In this document: one piece after another, positions 1 to 12,336 of the stretch
Numbering within the stretch: the stretch's first letter is position 1
Layout: each line of letters opens with the position of its first letter
Assembly (NCBI GenBank): GCA_013115145.1
Contig: JAAPAO010000102.1
Coordinates: 1-64,000, forward strand
Reading direction: 5' to 3'
From: Perkinsus chesapeaki ATCC PRA-425
Lineage: Eukaryota; Protista; Perkinsozoa
DNA: 64,000 nucleotides
The notes under the pieces: model-generated
What the model was told of the DNA's origin: nothing
The model's database searches: none
Seen by the model: the letters and a program-made list of their open reading frames with translations, nothing else
Program-made: the position numbers and the translations under genes

Positions 1-260
1 TATATACCGTAACTAGGCTTAANNNNNNNNNNNNNNNNNNNNNNNNNNNNNNNNNNNNNNNNNNNNNNNNNNNNNNNNNNNNNNNNNNNNNNNNNNNNNN
101 NNNNNNNNNNNNNNNNNNNNNNAGAGTAACTATACCGTAGCTAGGCTTAAAGAGTATATATACCGTAACTAGGGTTGAAGAGTAACTATACCGTAGCTAG
201 GCTTAAAGAGTATATATACCGTAACTAGGGTTGAAGAGTAACTATACCGTAACCAATAGC
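1..260. repeat. Minisatellite: 28-bp monomers alternating as a 56-bp higher-order repeat, spanning an assembly gap (N 23-122)
   Basis: Monomer A AGAGTAACTATACCGTAGCTAGGCTTAA alternates with monomer B AGAGTATATATACCGTAACTAGGGTTGA at 123-234; a partial unit is also present at 1-22. Confidence 0.9.
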
Positions 261-878
261 TACTAACTATGCGTAAGTGAGGTAACCATGTCAGGGGGAA
301 GTGAAATAGTGCCATTCGCGCCCTTGTTGGTGATCTCTATATTCTTCATTCTCGCTTACTTAACACTATTCACCAGAACGATGTTTGACTCTGGATATAT
401 TTTGCCATACATATTCACAACACGTTTCAATTTTCTGACGATTCCCTACTACTATTACTACTGAGTCACTAACATACACCGAGCGATAATAACAAGTAAC
501 TATGTAATACGGACATCCTACGGGATCGGAGGCCCCCCTTTCATCGCCGCTGCTCTCGTCCTCGACAAATGCATCACCAGCAGCATCGAGATGCTTATCC
601 TGACACGTATAGCGATTCAAGCGGGAGGGTTGCCAAGCGAGTGTTCAGCTGTTCACCTTCTTCTTTCTCAAGAGCCTCTTTCCGACCTTAGGCGACCCCG
701 GCGACGACATTATAAAGAAATATCCAATCTGCCGCAGCTCGATGCTTCGCCTTCGAAATGCGACTTCATCCCCTCTGCCGCAATGCCTAACTTAACACTA
801 AACAACTAGTATCGAAGGAAGCAGTTTATTAACGTTGATCAGTGCCAGCAGCAATATACAGCACCGAAACGTGCCAAT

Positions 879-2816
879 TCATGTAGGAACCATACCAATG
901 TAGGCTGCCTCGACCTCTCCTGCATGCCGCTCAGAGTCGCACAGAGGCCCCTCCACCATAAGCCGCCGCAGCGTTCGCCTCCACTTATCGAGACCGTCAA
1001 TGTCGGCGGAAAGTTTGATCGCTTTCTGGATGTACTCCGCCTCGGTTGCGGCCACAGTAGCGCTTGCGTAGTCTTCTCCAATAGCGTGCGCCAAACTAGC
1101 AGTGACTCTTTGGGAATGGCATGCGCCCTTCGATGCTAGAGTCACCACTGGGACGCCCATGTACATAGCTTCCGCGCTGGTAGTGGTGCCAGCGTACGGC
1201 CAGGGGTCCAAGCAAACGTCAATGTCACCGTACATGCCTAAATGAGTTGCAGTGGAGGGGGTCATCCCCACCAAAACGAGGCGCTCCGGCGAGACGCCCT
1301 GTGCACTGAACAACCGTTTCATCCGATCGACGGCCGCAGCGGAAGCTAATGCCTTCGACTTCAACAGCAATCGGGAATTCGGCACCTGTAGTAGGATCCC
1401 CGACCATACCCGTATAGTGTCATCAGAGAGCTTAGCGAGAGTGTTGAAACTGCCGAAAGTAACAATGCCACCGGATCGTCGCTGAGGAGCTTCTAATGAG
1501 CACTCCGGCGCATTCAGAGGAGGCGAGTAACACAGGAAGCAATGTGGCAGGCGGACAAGCTTCTCACTGTAGCCCTCGCCAGAGTCACCAATAGGATCTG
1601 TGACTCCATCTACTAGACGGTAGTCCATATTAGGCAGACCAGTAGTGTTGGGATACCCTATGTAAGTGACGGTCGTTCGGGCCGGCTTCACGGCGAAAAC
1701 TAGAAGGCGATTGTTTCCGGAGTGCCCCGCCAAGTCGACCAGAACGTCGATACGGTCGTGCCAAATCCGGCGGCACAACTGACGATCGTCCAACTCGTGG
1801 ACATCCACCCATCGCCAGTCTGGATTCTTCTCTATGCGGCCCTTCAGCCGCAGAGTAACAGCATCGTTAATGATGGAGTCGTGGTAAGCATAGACTTCGA
1901 CCTTAGATGGATCATGAGATCGAAACAAGCCTTCGACGAAGTAGCTCACAGAGTGACCGCGGAAATCTGGCGACAAGTAGCCGATTCGCAAACGCCCTTT
2001 ACATGGACGAGAACTCCGCTCTTCTCCACCGAACAAGCTGGCTTTGTCGATCTCCCTCTCGACTCGGGCCGCGACAGCGTTGCCCCATTTGCAGTGTTCC
2101 TCGGACACCCAGCGGCCACCGTCGTGCTGAGGGAGGTAGTTGAGGCTCATGAGTCGACTGTGAGGGGCGTGGCGGTGATCGGGCTCGGCTCGAATGCAAT
2201 CCTCAAAAGATGCGATCGCCGCTTGAGTTAAGCCCATATCACGGAGGAAGATCCCAGCAGTATTGAAAGCCTCAACTTCGCCCGACAGTCTACATAACTT
2301 CACCGCTTTATCCAGATTTCGCCCGGAAACGCCGTAGATGGCGCCAAGTCTATGGAGGTAATCTTTATTAGACGGGTCCGCGTCAACTGCCTTTTCCATG
2401 GCCTCCTTACAGTTAGCCCAGTCGTCGAGTAGCCTATAGCACTCCGCCTTAGCTGCCCACAGCGCTCCCTTCTCCTTGTTGCCCGCATCTCCATTCAGTT
2501 CAGCAAGCGCTATTGCAGTTCCGAGGGTAGGCAGCTCCACGGCAAAGTTCCTTTGTCGGTGAAGCATTGCCGCCTTGGCCTGGAATACTCGATAATCATC
2601 AGGCGCCAACTGGTAAGCTTCAAGCCACAATGTTTCATCTCCCTTCTTCAAAAGTGTCTCCGCCAACCCTCGTGATACATTTTCGATCGCCTTGGTGAGA
2701 CCCTCAGTGCTCTCATCAGATGCCAACGCCGCGGCTCGATGCTCCTCTCTTAGGCACTGAAGCGCTCGCTTCAATGCCTCCACCGCCTCGTCCAGGTTCC
2801 CAGGAGCCGTTGACAT
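879..2816 (-). CDS. SPY: SPINDLY-like TPR + GT41 protein O-glycosyltransferase (O-fucosyl/O-GlcNAc transferase family), intronless
   Basis: 645-aa ORF. TPR-like N-terminal half, then RLRIGYLSPDFRGHSVSYF, DVLVDLAGHSGNN, YIGYPNTTGL, TFGSFNTLAKL and DVCLDPWPYAGTTTSAEAMYMGVPVVTL, all hallmark GT41/SPY motifs. Confidence 0.9.
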   Translation of the reverse strand: MSTAPGNLDEAVEALKRALQCLREEHRAAALASDESTEGLTKAIENVSRGLAETLLKKGDETLWLEAYQLAPDDYRVFQAKAAMLHRQRNFAVELPTLGTAIALAELNGDAGNKEKGALWAAKAECYRLLDDWANCKEAMEKAVDADPSNKDYLHRLGAIYGVSGRNLDKAVKLCRLSGEVEAFNTAGIFLRDMGLTQAAIASFEDCIRAEPDHRHAPHSRLMSLNYLPQHDGGRWVSEEHCKWGNAVAARVEREIDKASLFGGEERSSRPCKGRLRIGYLSPDFRGHSVSYFVEGLFRSHDPSKVEVYAYHDSIINDAVTLRLKGRIEKNPDWRWVDVHELDDRQLCRRIWHDRIDVLVDLAGHSGNNRLLVFAVKPARTTVTYIGYPNTTGLPNMDYRLVDGVTDPIGDSGEGYSEKLVRLPHCFLCYSPPLNAPECSLEAPQRRSGGIVTFGSFNTLAKLSDDTIRVWSGILLQVPNSRLLLKSKALASAAAVDRMKRLFSAQGVSPERLVLVGMTPSTATHLGMYGDIDVCLDPWPYAGTTTSAEAMYMGVPVVTLASKGACHSQRVTASLAHAIGEDYASATVAATEAEYIQKAIKLSADIDGLDKWRRTLRRLMVEGPLCDSERHAGEVEAAYIGMVPT

Positions 2817-3440
2817 TTATTTCGAGGCCAAGGATGATCCAACTGAGACCGAGAACACGTACGTCAGTGGCAGGTAATATGCGAATACAGAGCAACACTC
2901 GCTAAGATTGGTTCTTGGTTTCGGACGATTGAAGCTAAGATGCTCAGTTAGGAACTGCAAATTGGACGTTCACTGTCCAAGCCAGAACGAACGACTTAGA
3001 AAGAAAAGTATTGGTGCATATCCCCGTGATTCCCATCTGATAAGCCACTTCCTCCCGAAAAGGTCCCAGACTTCGGTGGAAGTGTGGCCGTCAGCCTTCG
3101 TGGTACAATGCCAAAGATACAGTGACCGAGCAAGAACAGGTTTTCCTCTCAAACTCGGCACCATTAGTTGAACAGAAAAGTTTAATTCGAAGGAGAAACT
3201 CAAAGGGTATTTACATAACGGTATGGTCTGAACAACTTGACACGCAAAGCACCAGCACTAGTTGCTAACACTGTACAGCAGCCGATTCGGGAACGACTGT
3301 ATCTTGCACCACGGCCCTTCTGAGATCGGCCGTTGGTCTTTAGTCTTCTTTCCTGAGGAAATGAACACTAGGAACAAAGAGCCGACGACCTTTCAGGGTT
3401 CGCCCGTTTCGACGAATAATACAGTCACAGTGACTACGAC

Positions 3441-5041
3441 TCACTTGGACACTTTGCTCCGGGAAGATCCTTCATTCATGGCGGCGCTGCTCGGGCGCGC
3501 CAGCGTATAGTGTATGATTGCACCAGCCACAACGAACCCTATCGCGACCATCTGATACTGACTTATGTGAAAACCTTCGACGGGCTCGTATGTGCGGTAA
3601 TCTTCCACGAAGAACCTATTGTACATTTGGAGACACTCCGACACAATAAAGCAAATGTTTACCGAGTAAGGCCAAGCAGCATCAACATATCAGAGGCCTG
3701 CGTCCAAGCCGGAGCATCACGCTTGCGGCGAAGCCAGAGGACCAAAGCTACCGAGCCGGAGGTAACTATCTCATATAGCGGAGTAGGATGTACAGCTGAA
3801 GTAAAGCAAAAGTTACCATCGGAGGCAATACAATATTTGGCTTACGAATGGTGGTTGGGACTAGGCCGTTCGGGAAGCTCATCGCCCACGGCAAGTCAGT
3901 TGGATAGCCGTAGCAACCGTCGCCAGAGAGGAAGCAGCCTAGTTTACCTAACCACGGCAGGATAGCAGCTTCCTGTGTCAGCAAGTTTCGCGAGATGCAA
4001 TTTACGAGCGTCCTTTAATGCAAAAAGCAACTACAGCTAAGAATATCGCAGTTGCTACCGAACCCGACCAGATACGAAGACTTGAGTGCCGTCTAAGTTT
4101 AACAACACAGTCCATATTGACCATCTTCAATAAGGTATCGGCGATGCCGCGAAAGAAGATATGAAACCCGAATCAATCTGAGGGCGGTGAACGCACGTAG
4201 TGAGAAGGGAAATTTTGCCGCAAAAATCTTCTGAACCCCTCCTCCATAGGGTATTATTCTTACCTATCGCATGACCCAGCATCAACAGAGGCGCCAGCAT
4301 GTCCAGCATTTTACCCACAGACTCGTGACACCAATAATGAGTATAACTAATGGAAATGCACAGTCTTATCGGGAGCTCAGTTCGGGGGCATTTAAGCGCT
4401 CTATTGACTACGTTACCGAAATTAGAGAATCCGCAGTGAAAAGCGAGGGTTGAAACAGGCGAACAGCATATGGGAAATAAAGTATGTCTGTAATGTAACA
4501 GAGTGCAACTTAGCGAAGCTCGCCCAGCCAAGAATGGTCGATATACTCAGTCTGCACTTTGGAGGAAGTCGTATGTAACGTAGGGCACTTTTGCGGGCAC
4601 TTACACTGCAGTAGCAATGATGCCTCCTATAAGACCACCTTGAAAGGATAGGCCTAGAAAAAGACAAGCTGACTAGTCTCAAGCAGTTGGAAGGCACGTA
4701 CCAGTATTAAGTGCAAACAGTGCACTGTGATCCCATGTCAAAGCATAGTGTATCCTAGCTCCGACTACTCCACCAACCATGGCACACACCAGCAACACCG
4801 ATGGGTCTATCTGGAGGGAAGATGATTGACCTGCAACTAATCGGCCCTAGCCTTACTTTGAGATGCTTCCTGGCGATCTCCGCCTGCCCTAAGTAATAGG
4901 TCACCATAAACGCCAGGGCCATACAGAGGCCGTAGCTATAGACATTAACCCCTACACACACTGTACGAGACAACGTGGGAGTGGACACTTACCGCATACG
5001 GTGAATAGAACTGGTCGGACAAACTCTACAGTGATGGCCAT
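3441..5041 (-). CDS. lgt: Prolipoprotein diacylglyceryl transferase-like, copy 1 (multi-exon)
   Basis: Spliced exons read MAITVEFVRPVLFTVCG / VNVYSYGLCMALAF / AMVGGVVGARIHY / LSFQGGLIGG / LDMLAPLLMLGHAIG / KLGCFLSGDGCYGYPTDLPWAMSFPNG / VHPTPLYE / RFFVEDYR, joined by GT-AG introns. Confidence 0.85.
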
Positions 5042-5807
5042 TAAATAACAAAAAGAAAACGAAACAATAATCTACTGCACGGAACTGTTGAAGGCCAAAC
5101 AAAGAAAACTCGGCACAGCTTTAATGGTGAAAAAGTGAAAGATGCGGAAGGTATGAAGGATGACGAAGTCAGTGCACGCTGCTCTGCGCAGCGCTTAGTA
5201 TGGCACGTAGAAAGCTAGAAAAGATACTCTGGTGAGGCGAGCTCAAGCCAGCTCATTAATCGGTTTTCCTGAGGAACCAAACAACCTCTGAAATTGCTGT
5301 ACCTTATATATGGCACAATTAATAGGGTGTCAAACGTCATTAGCAGTATGCAGGCCGATTGCGGGGATTAAAGTTCTACTTTGATGCCCACGTACTATAA
5401 CGAGCTTTGGATGACATTAGTCTCTCCCTGCCTCGAGTACCAAGGAAGGGAGGCACTGAGCTACATGTAAAAGAATATTTCAACTTGCAGGCCCCAAATG
5501 AAAAACGCAGCGTTTCAAACGCCAACTCTTCGTACACCAACCGTACGTTTCATTTTCGTATTCCGAGGTTCTGGCGTATACCGGCGGGCTGAGCCCGGTC
5601 CAAGGGCTGTGTAAGATATCGGTGCACAAAATCACCACACTCGTGGTGGTGAAGGCGAGCCAATATTTTGCTGTATCTCGCCAGACCCCTAAAACGATTT
5701 GTAGGTGTCATATGAATGACCAAATACGCTTTGAGCAGCACGCACTATCAAGTCCACCCCTCACACTGTTAAATGTAAGAACGGCTTAGAAGAATTCCCT
5801 ATCGAGC

Positions 5808-7937
5808 CTACTTGGAGTTCGCCTTCTTTCTTCGTCGTTTCTCTATTTTATCGGATGTCCAACCACGTCTAGCAGCAACCTTCATGACAATGCCGGCGAC
5901 CAGGAAAGCAACAGCAACAAGTTGGTACTGGGTTATGCCAACTGTCTCCAGCCTAGAGTGAGCACGATAATTCTCGATAAAGAACCTGAAGGTGCTTATT
6001 AGGAGAAGGAATGCGCGTAGACGCCCCCTCCTTCGTGGAGTCCGTAGGGCAAATCAATGTGAGGTTCACAGCAAAGCGGCAGTCCAATTTTGCAACACTG
6101 GGCCACCAAATGTTTACCAGGTTGCCGCTTTAGGTGATCTAATTCGAGCACTGGCTTAAACGTCTATTTATTCGGAGAGTCTATCGAACTTAATGTTCAG
6201 AGCTCAGAGCTTCAACGGAAGCTCTGAGGCTTGGAAGAGCACGAAAAAAAGAGGCCAACTTGTGGTCAGAAAAGAGGAACAATGCACGACAGTATTTTCA
6301 CTAAGTACCTCACCTAGTGGAGCCCAAAAGGACCAAAAATTCCGATCCTAACGCCAAGGGAACGGACTCCACCTTCTTCCTTCTGTACCATAAGATTAAA
6401 CCACAGCTGCCAGAGGTAATCATTTCGTAAAGTGGCGTTGGATGCACCGCTGAAGGAGATGTTCACGAGTAGCTAATTTACAAGACAGACTTACGAGTGT
6501 TAGTCGGAGCGAGGCCGTTAGGAAAGCTCATAGCCCACGGTACATCAGTAGGGTAACCATAACAACCATCACCCGAAATAAAACAACCAACTTTGCCTGA
6601 TATGGAAATGAAGGATGACGACAACAGAAGGACATTACCGATTGCATGGCCGATGAGGAGGAGGGGAGCTAATGTATCCAACATTCGGCCGATTGATTCT
6701 CGACAGTAAAGCTTTGTGTATCTTGAAGACAGACCTACCATTCGACTTAATTCCACCACCAGAATCACCCCGTGGTCCCGACTATCCCTCCGACTAGTCC
6801 ACCTTGAAAGGAGTGTCCTGAATATCGATATCAAACATCTAGATTTCGGCAGGTTCTCACCTGTTGACATATCCCAGAAGGATACGTTACTTGAATCATT
6901 CCATGTGAGCATAAAATGAAGCCGTGAGCCGAGGATACCACCGATCATAGCACACACTAGAAGGACTGTCGAATCAATCTAAAAGAGTAAAAGTCTGGAA
7001 AGCAGTGCAGCTAGCTGAAAGATAGCTCAAGATAGGATCAAAGATATGCTTGATAGAATATTGCGGAATGAAAGTCGACATCGGTGCTTCCCTGCCCTAA
7101 TCGGCGTGGGCCGTGGTTAATTTTCCACCAAACCGAATAGATTGTGAGCAGCTCACCGATACGATCCAATTCAGTCATACCGATAACTGCTCAGCAAGAC
7201 ACAAGATGCTGATGAGCCAGCGTGTATCCTATCTGAGATAGAGATTCTAGACAACCACATATAGCCTGCTCGAGTGCTAAGTGGATGCGTTTCAATGAGC
7301 GCTACTACAGTCAATTATAACAGTATTCTTCCACCGTAGTACTTTGAGTCCTTTCCTTCTTAGTTCTCCATCCCCCAACAGTAATGCTGATATGAAAGAT
7401 AAGGCCATACAGAGACCATAGCCGTACACCGGACGCCCTGAGGATTATACATGTGGAAAGAAGCGCAGAAAAGCTGTAGGGTGCTTCTGGTCTACATGCA
7501 CTTTGCCATAAATAAAATTCCGATTGATCATCCTGTACGACTCGTACGCATTTTCTCAGTCTAGGCAACGCAGAGATTATAGACACCGAACAAATTATCC
7601 CACATAGCATCCGTAATCATCCAGATATCTCTCGATCCATCACTAATGACCACCATGAAATGTCAGAACTATGGGTGCAATTTCGTTGAGCAAGCTCAGC
7701 CCTTTCGTCGCAAATGTCTATGCTGAGGAGGACTAAAGTAAGATAGATTGGACCAAGTTAAGGCAACTTCTAATCAGGAGAAGTTCTCCTGATTGATCCT
7801 GAAGTGATTGGTTCTCCTGGAGAACCAATCACTGTACCCCAGCCGTAAAACATCGGTAATCACAAACCCGCTCTGCATCGCTGCTTACCAAAAACTGTAA
7901 ACATAACGGGATTCACGAAGCCCGCAACAATAGCCAT
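5808..7937 (-). CDS. lgt: Lgt-like, copy 2 (multi-exon)
   Basis: Exon 1 MAIVAGFVNPVMFTVFG (ATG at 7937); YGYGLCMALSF; GGILGSRLHF; SFQGGLVGG; GKVGCFISGDGCYGYPTDVPW; HPTPLYE; RFFIENYR ... KKANSK*. Confidence 0.85.
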
Positions 7938-8296
7938 ATGGGAGCAGAAAAAGCTGAGGCAAAGAAGAACAGACACCCCAATCAAATCTCAGTGAGAATT
8001 ATGACTTCACCCAAATAAGGAATATGTGGTGTATCCACAACGGAACCGTGTATCAGACCAACAACTGGCTGTTGCGCGACAAAGAAAGGCTAGACGTGAC
8101 ACTGCATGTAACACTGGGGGCCGAAAGCTTCTAACCGAGAAGTCATCTGTGATGCATACATCAGCTGATGCATGGCATATATTCAACTCGAGTTATACAT
8201 GCACAAAAATACGTCATTAAGACGTATTTTTGTGCATGTATAACTCGACGCATCTCTATAACTCCACTTATGACGTCGTCATAAGTGCAAGTGCAC

Positions 8297-9933
8297 TCAA
8301 AAATTAATTGCTATCTTCAGGCGTCCTTCGAGCTCACAGACTTGCGAATCAGCGACCTTTTTACACGAGCTTTGAAAGTTCAGCTTGCAGTCCCTGTAAT
8401 GCACGTGGTTTTCTGTATGTAGCCATACCTCACTCGCGTAGAGAGTTTCATTGCCAGTACTCGGATCGCTCTGAGCGTGGTAGCCCAGAAACTTGGGTAT
8501 GGCCAACTTGTTCCCGCCTCCGGCTAGAAGTGGAGAAAGAAGATATACGGGCGCACCGGACTCACCGGCGAAACTCTGATAGCCACTGGCGCGATCGCAT
8601 CAGGGACAGCGATTGCGTCAAAATTCCACACATCATCTTCATTGGCGAACATCATGTACTGCTCGGTCTTTCAACACACCGAACTTGTCAACAAGCAGAA
8701 TCGAGCCTAAACGATCGCCAACCGAGTGCAGGCAGGGATAACCGAGCTCAGCGTGATTAAACGTCAATCTGAAGGTCGTCGTAGAGAATCCGTACGGAAT
8801 TCTCTCTCAACTCAGGTCGCTACCGTTGAAGTCAATCTCAATGAAGTGCGCAGCAAACCCTTCGAGTTCGGTCGCACCACAAAGTAGCCCGAATCAGCCA
8901 GAGTCGGACTGTAGTTCAATCATTGTACTGTACAATTTGTACAACAACTGCCGCGAATTATACTGCCTTACCAATATATACGAGGCAAAACCAAGCTTCG
9001 GTACTCGTCCTTTCTGTAGTAGAGAGCCAGAACCTAGTCAAGGGCCGTGAATATCTAGATAGCACGATTCCTGTAGGCTGGTTATTAGTCAAATGTCAGG
9101 GCATTGACTACTCCAGTTGGGCTTAAATAGAGTGAATTTGTACTTGTAGTGGATGAACATCAACGAAAAGCGGCCCAGTAGACTTTTAATAGAAGCCTAG
9201 TTGCCATGACCGGAGGATGTCGACTCTAGAGTCTAGAATCTCCGAGATTCAATCTCGGCGAACGAACACAGCCACATGTAATTGGCAAGAGGCTCTATCC
9301 TATTACTATTCTTATTATACCAACATGCCATCAATCGGAGCATGAACAAATCTAATTGCTTGCGAAGTCGAGAGCATCAATATCTCCACGCACACCAGAA
9401 TCGAGCTGGTATGGAAATAATCCATTGCCGTGAGAAATGTCTTCCCCGGTGTCTTACCTCCACATGACAGCAAGTCTTGCCGGGCAAGAACGGGTAATGG
9501 TCCTCGCGTGTAGCTCGGGATAAGATGCGGCGCATTCCATGTCCCGGCGAGCGCCGGGTCTGGTCATCACCTGCGCTGGTGTCATCATGACACTGCCATG
9601 GGTACCCGTAACACCGAAGGATATATCTCACAGGAGTATAGTAACTCACCAACAACACGTTTTCTCAAGCCGCATGGAACGATCCTTCCCGAGGACCTCA
9701 CCCTCTGTTACACAGACCCAGCAGCCTGCGAGGTAAATTGCCGCTCATCCGCAGTTTCGCCCAGTACTCACACTGCCCGCTGTGATCACCATTGATAAAT
9801 AGAATCGCTCCCCGACTCGGTGGAAACCCAGAATGAATGAAGGAATGGCCACTGGATGAGCAAGTGAAGCTTGAGGAGGAACACCTTGCGAATGAACCAG
9901 CTGCCTTAATGCGATGATTGCAGAGACGAACAC
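8297..9933 (-). CDS. Probable spliced hypothetical gene or genes between lgt copies 2 and 3
   Basis: Protein-like open segments bounded by GT/AG, e.g. VFVSAIIALRQLVHSQGVPP... and GGGNKLAIPKFLGYHAQSDPSTGNETLYASEVWLHTENHVHYRDC. No family recognised and the structure is unresolved. Confidence 0.3.
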
Positions 9934-10430
9934 TCAACACTTTTGAGTACGAAGCTCGTGGTATAAACGGAGAAAGAGATAAGGAAGATTCTGCATCACT
10001 TGGTGAGCCAAGGAAGGCGCATTCGCGGGGAGTGATGATAAGCGAGGGGTTAATCGGATTTCCTGAAACATCACATGCTAACATGCAAACAAAGCCAACC
10101 ACAGTAGGCTGCCTACTGTAGGCATGAACATGACAGTAGTTAAGCAATACTCGTTGTACTGGTGACGATTATATCGTAGACAATAGAACCATTATGTCGA
10201 GGGAAAATCAGTGTTCAGAGTTTTAAAACACTACAGCATTCGCGGGTCATACCGCTTTCCGCCACCACTGGGCAGCAAGTCGGTGTCATTGTCAGTCCTA
10301 ACGTTATACCAGTCCCAACGCAAGTCGAATCACTACACACCGATGAGCTCGAGGCCCCTCCCCCAAGAAAGCAAAGTGAGCAAATCGATATGAGCTACAA
10401 CCCCCCGCAGAAAAAAATCTAATCGATAAC

Positions 10431-12336
10431 TCATGGAGCGTACTTTTCCGCGCTTTTTTCTCTGGATTTATCCGATGTCCAACCGCGGCTAATCGCGGCT
10501 TTCATTAGCAGGCCTATGAGTACAAAGGCTAAGGCGAACAGTTGGTATTGGGTTATGCCAACGTTATCCAGTGCGGAGTGACCACGGTACTTCTCGACGA
10601 AAAACCTAAGAAAACAAGCATCAACCAGATTGAGGTAATAACCATGCATAGACGTTTCATATTTGTGGATGCCGCGGAATGGTCCACAGTGGCCACTCAA
10701 TATGAAATTATACAGTATTACGTATTAGTATATAGAGTACAGCCAGTATTTCAGCCAGAACCCTGCGTGCTCTAGCTCTTCGGGCTTATTATAACTCGGG
10801 TCCATGAAGAGAGAAGCCCTGCTACTAGCAGGCTGCTAGTACCGTAGAATCCTACCTCGTGCATCCCAAGAGAACTAGCATGTCCGACATAAGCGTGAGT
10901 GGAATAGATTCCACCTTCTTTCTTCTGTACCATAAGATTAAACCACAACCGCCGGAGGTAATCATTTCATACAAAGGCGTGGGATGAACCGCTGAAGGGG
11001 GCAATATGGATGAATCAGGTGTGGAAGAATACACGACAGACTTACGAGTGTTAGTTGGAGCGAGGCCGTTAGGAAAGCTCATAGCCCACGGTACATCAGT
11101 AGGGTAACCATAACAACCATCACCCGAAATAAAACAACCAACTTTGCCTGATGTGGAAATGAAGGATGACGACAACAGAAGGACATTACCGATTGCATGG
11201 CCGATGAGGAGAAGAGGCGCTAATGTATCCATCATGCGGAAAACAGACTCTCGACAATACAGCTTTGTGTATCTGATGATGAGATACATGATGTAGATCT
11301 TGTTCACAGCATCGCAGAGAGTACGCTGTTGTGCCAATAGTTCCACCGACTAGTCCACCTTGAAAGGAGTGTCCTGAATATCGATATCAAACATCTAGAG
11401 TTTACCAGGTTTTCACCTGTTGACATATCCCAGAAGGATACGTTACTTGAATCATTCCATGTGAGCATAAAATGAAGCCGTGAGCCGAGGATACCACCGA
11501 TCATAGCACACATTAGAAGGACCGCCGAGTCGATCTAGAAATCAAAAGACCTGCGCTTCATTGTGAATACAGCCCTTTCCAAACATACGAAAACCTAGGT
11601 ACACCTTCCTATTTTCTAAAGTAGCACACAATTTAGCGGAGGCTAGCTGCCCCTGCGTCCTTGCTATAGACAGCATCGCTGCATTGCCAGACCGTGATAG
11701 CAAATATAGTAGTGTATACCGCTGTCCCCAGTGGGGACTCCCCACTAGAATATAATATTTTTTAATCATCTCACATCAAATTTTCAAGTGGGCGAGCTGC
11801 GAACGTCCAACAGGGACTCCGAGTCCGGAGTGGCTACAGCAAGTGGGCTACATTTGTAATAGCGGCCATGCATTAGTCACACCTACTAAAGACGTGCAAC
11901 CACGGCAGCTTTGAGTGATGGACAAATAGGGAGGAATAGACATCGCCAATATGTAAAGGACATTGAATGAAGATAGGGATCGTCTATTTCACCTTCAATC
12001 CTTTCCTTCTCAGTTCCCCATCCCCCAAAAGCAAAGCTGACATGAACGATAAGGCCATACAGAGACCATAGCCGTACACAGGACGTCCTGAGGATTATAC
12101 ACATGAGATGAAGCGATCTCATTCGGCGTTAGTGCGCCACAGCTAGCTTCCTCTAGCAAAAAAAACTGCAGGATTTCCGACATCCAGTGGAAATAGTTCA
12201 AGAACAGTGGACGATGTTTCATTTACCGTCAACTACACTAACGCTATAAAGCACCAGTCGATCAAGCTTCACTTCACACTTTCTTACCAAAGACTGTGAA
12301 CAGAACGGGTCTTACGAATTCCACAACAACGGCCAT
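10431..12336 (-). CDS. lgt: Lgt-like, copy 3 (multi-exon)
   Basis: Exon 1 MAVVVEFVRPVLFTVFG (ATG at 12336); the same motif series as the other copies; last exon RFFVEKYR ... AEKYAP*. Confidence 0.85.

Noticed and set aside
1225-2494. Short ORFs overlapping SPY (likewise those over 41197-42230 and 60171-61030)
   Set aside because: They are alternative-frame or antisense shadows of long real ORFs.
9595-9625. CYGYPW resembling the Lgt GCYGYP motif (a possible fifth copy)
   Set aside because: No other Lgt motifs or nucleotide similarity are present.
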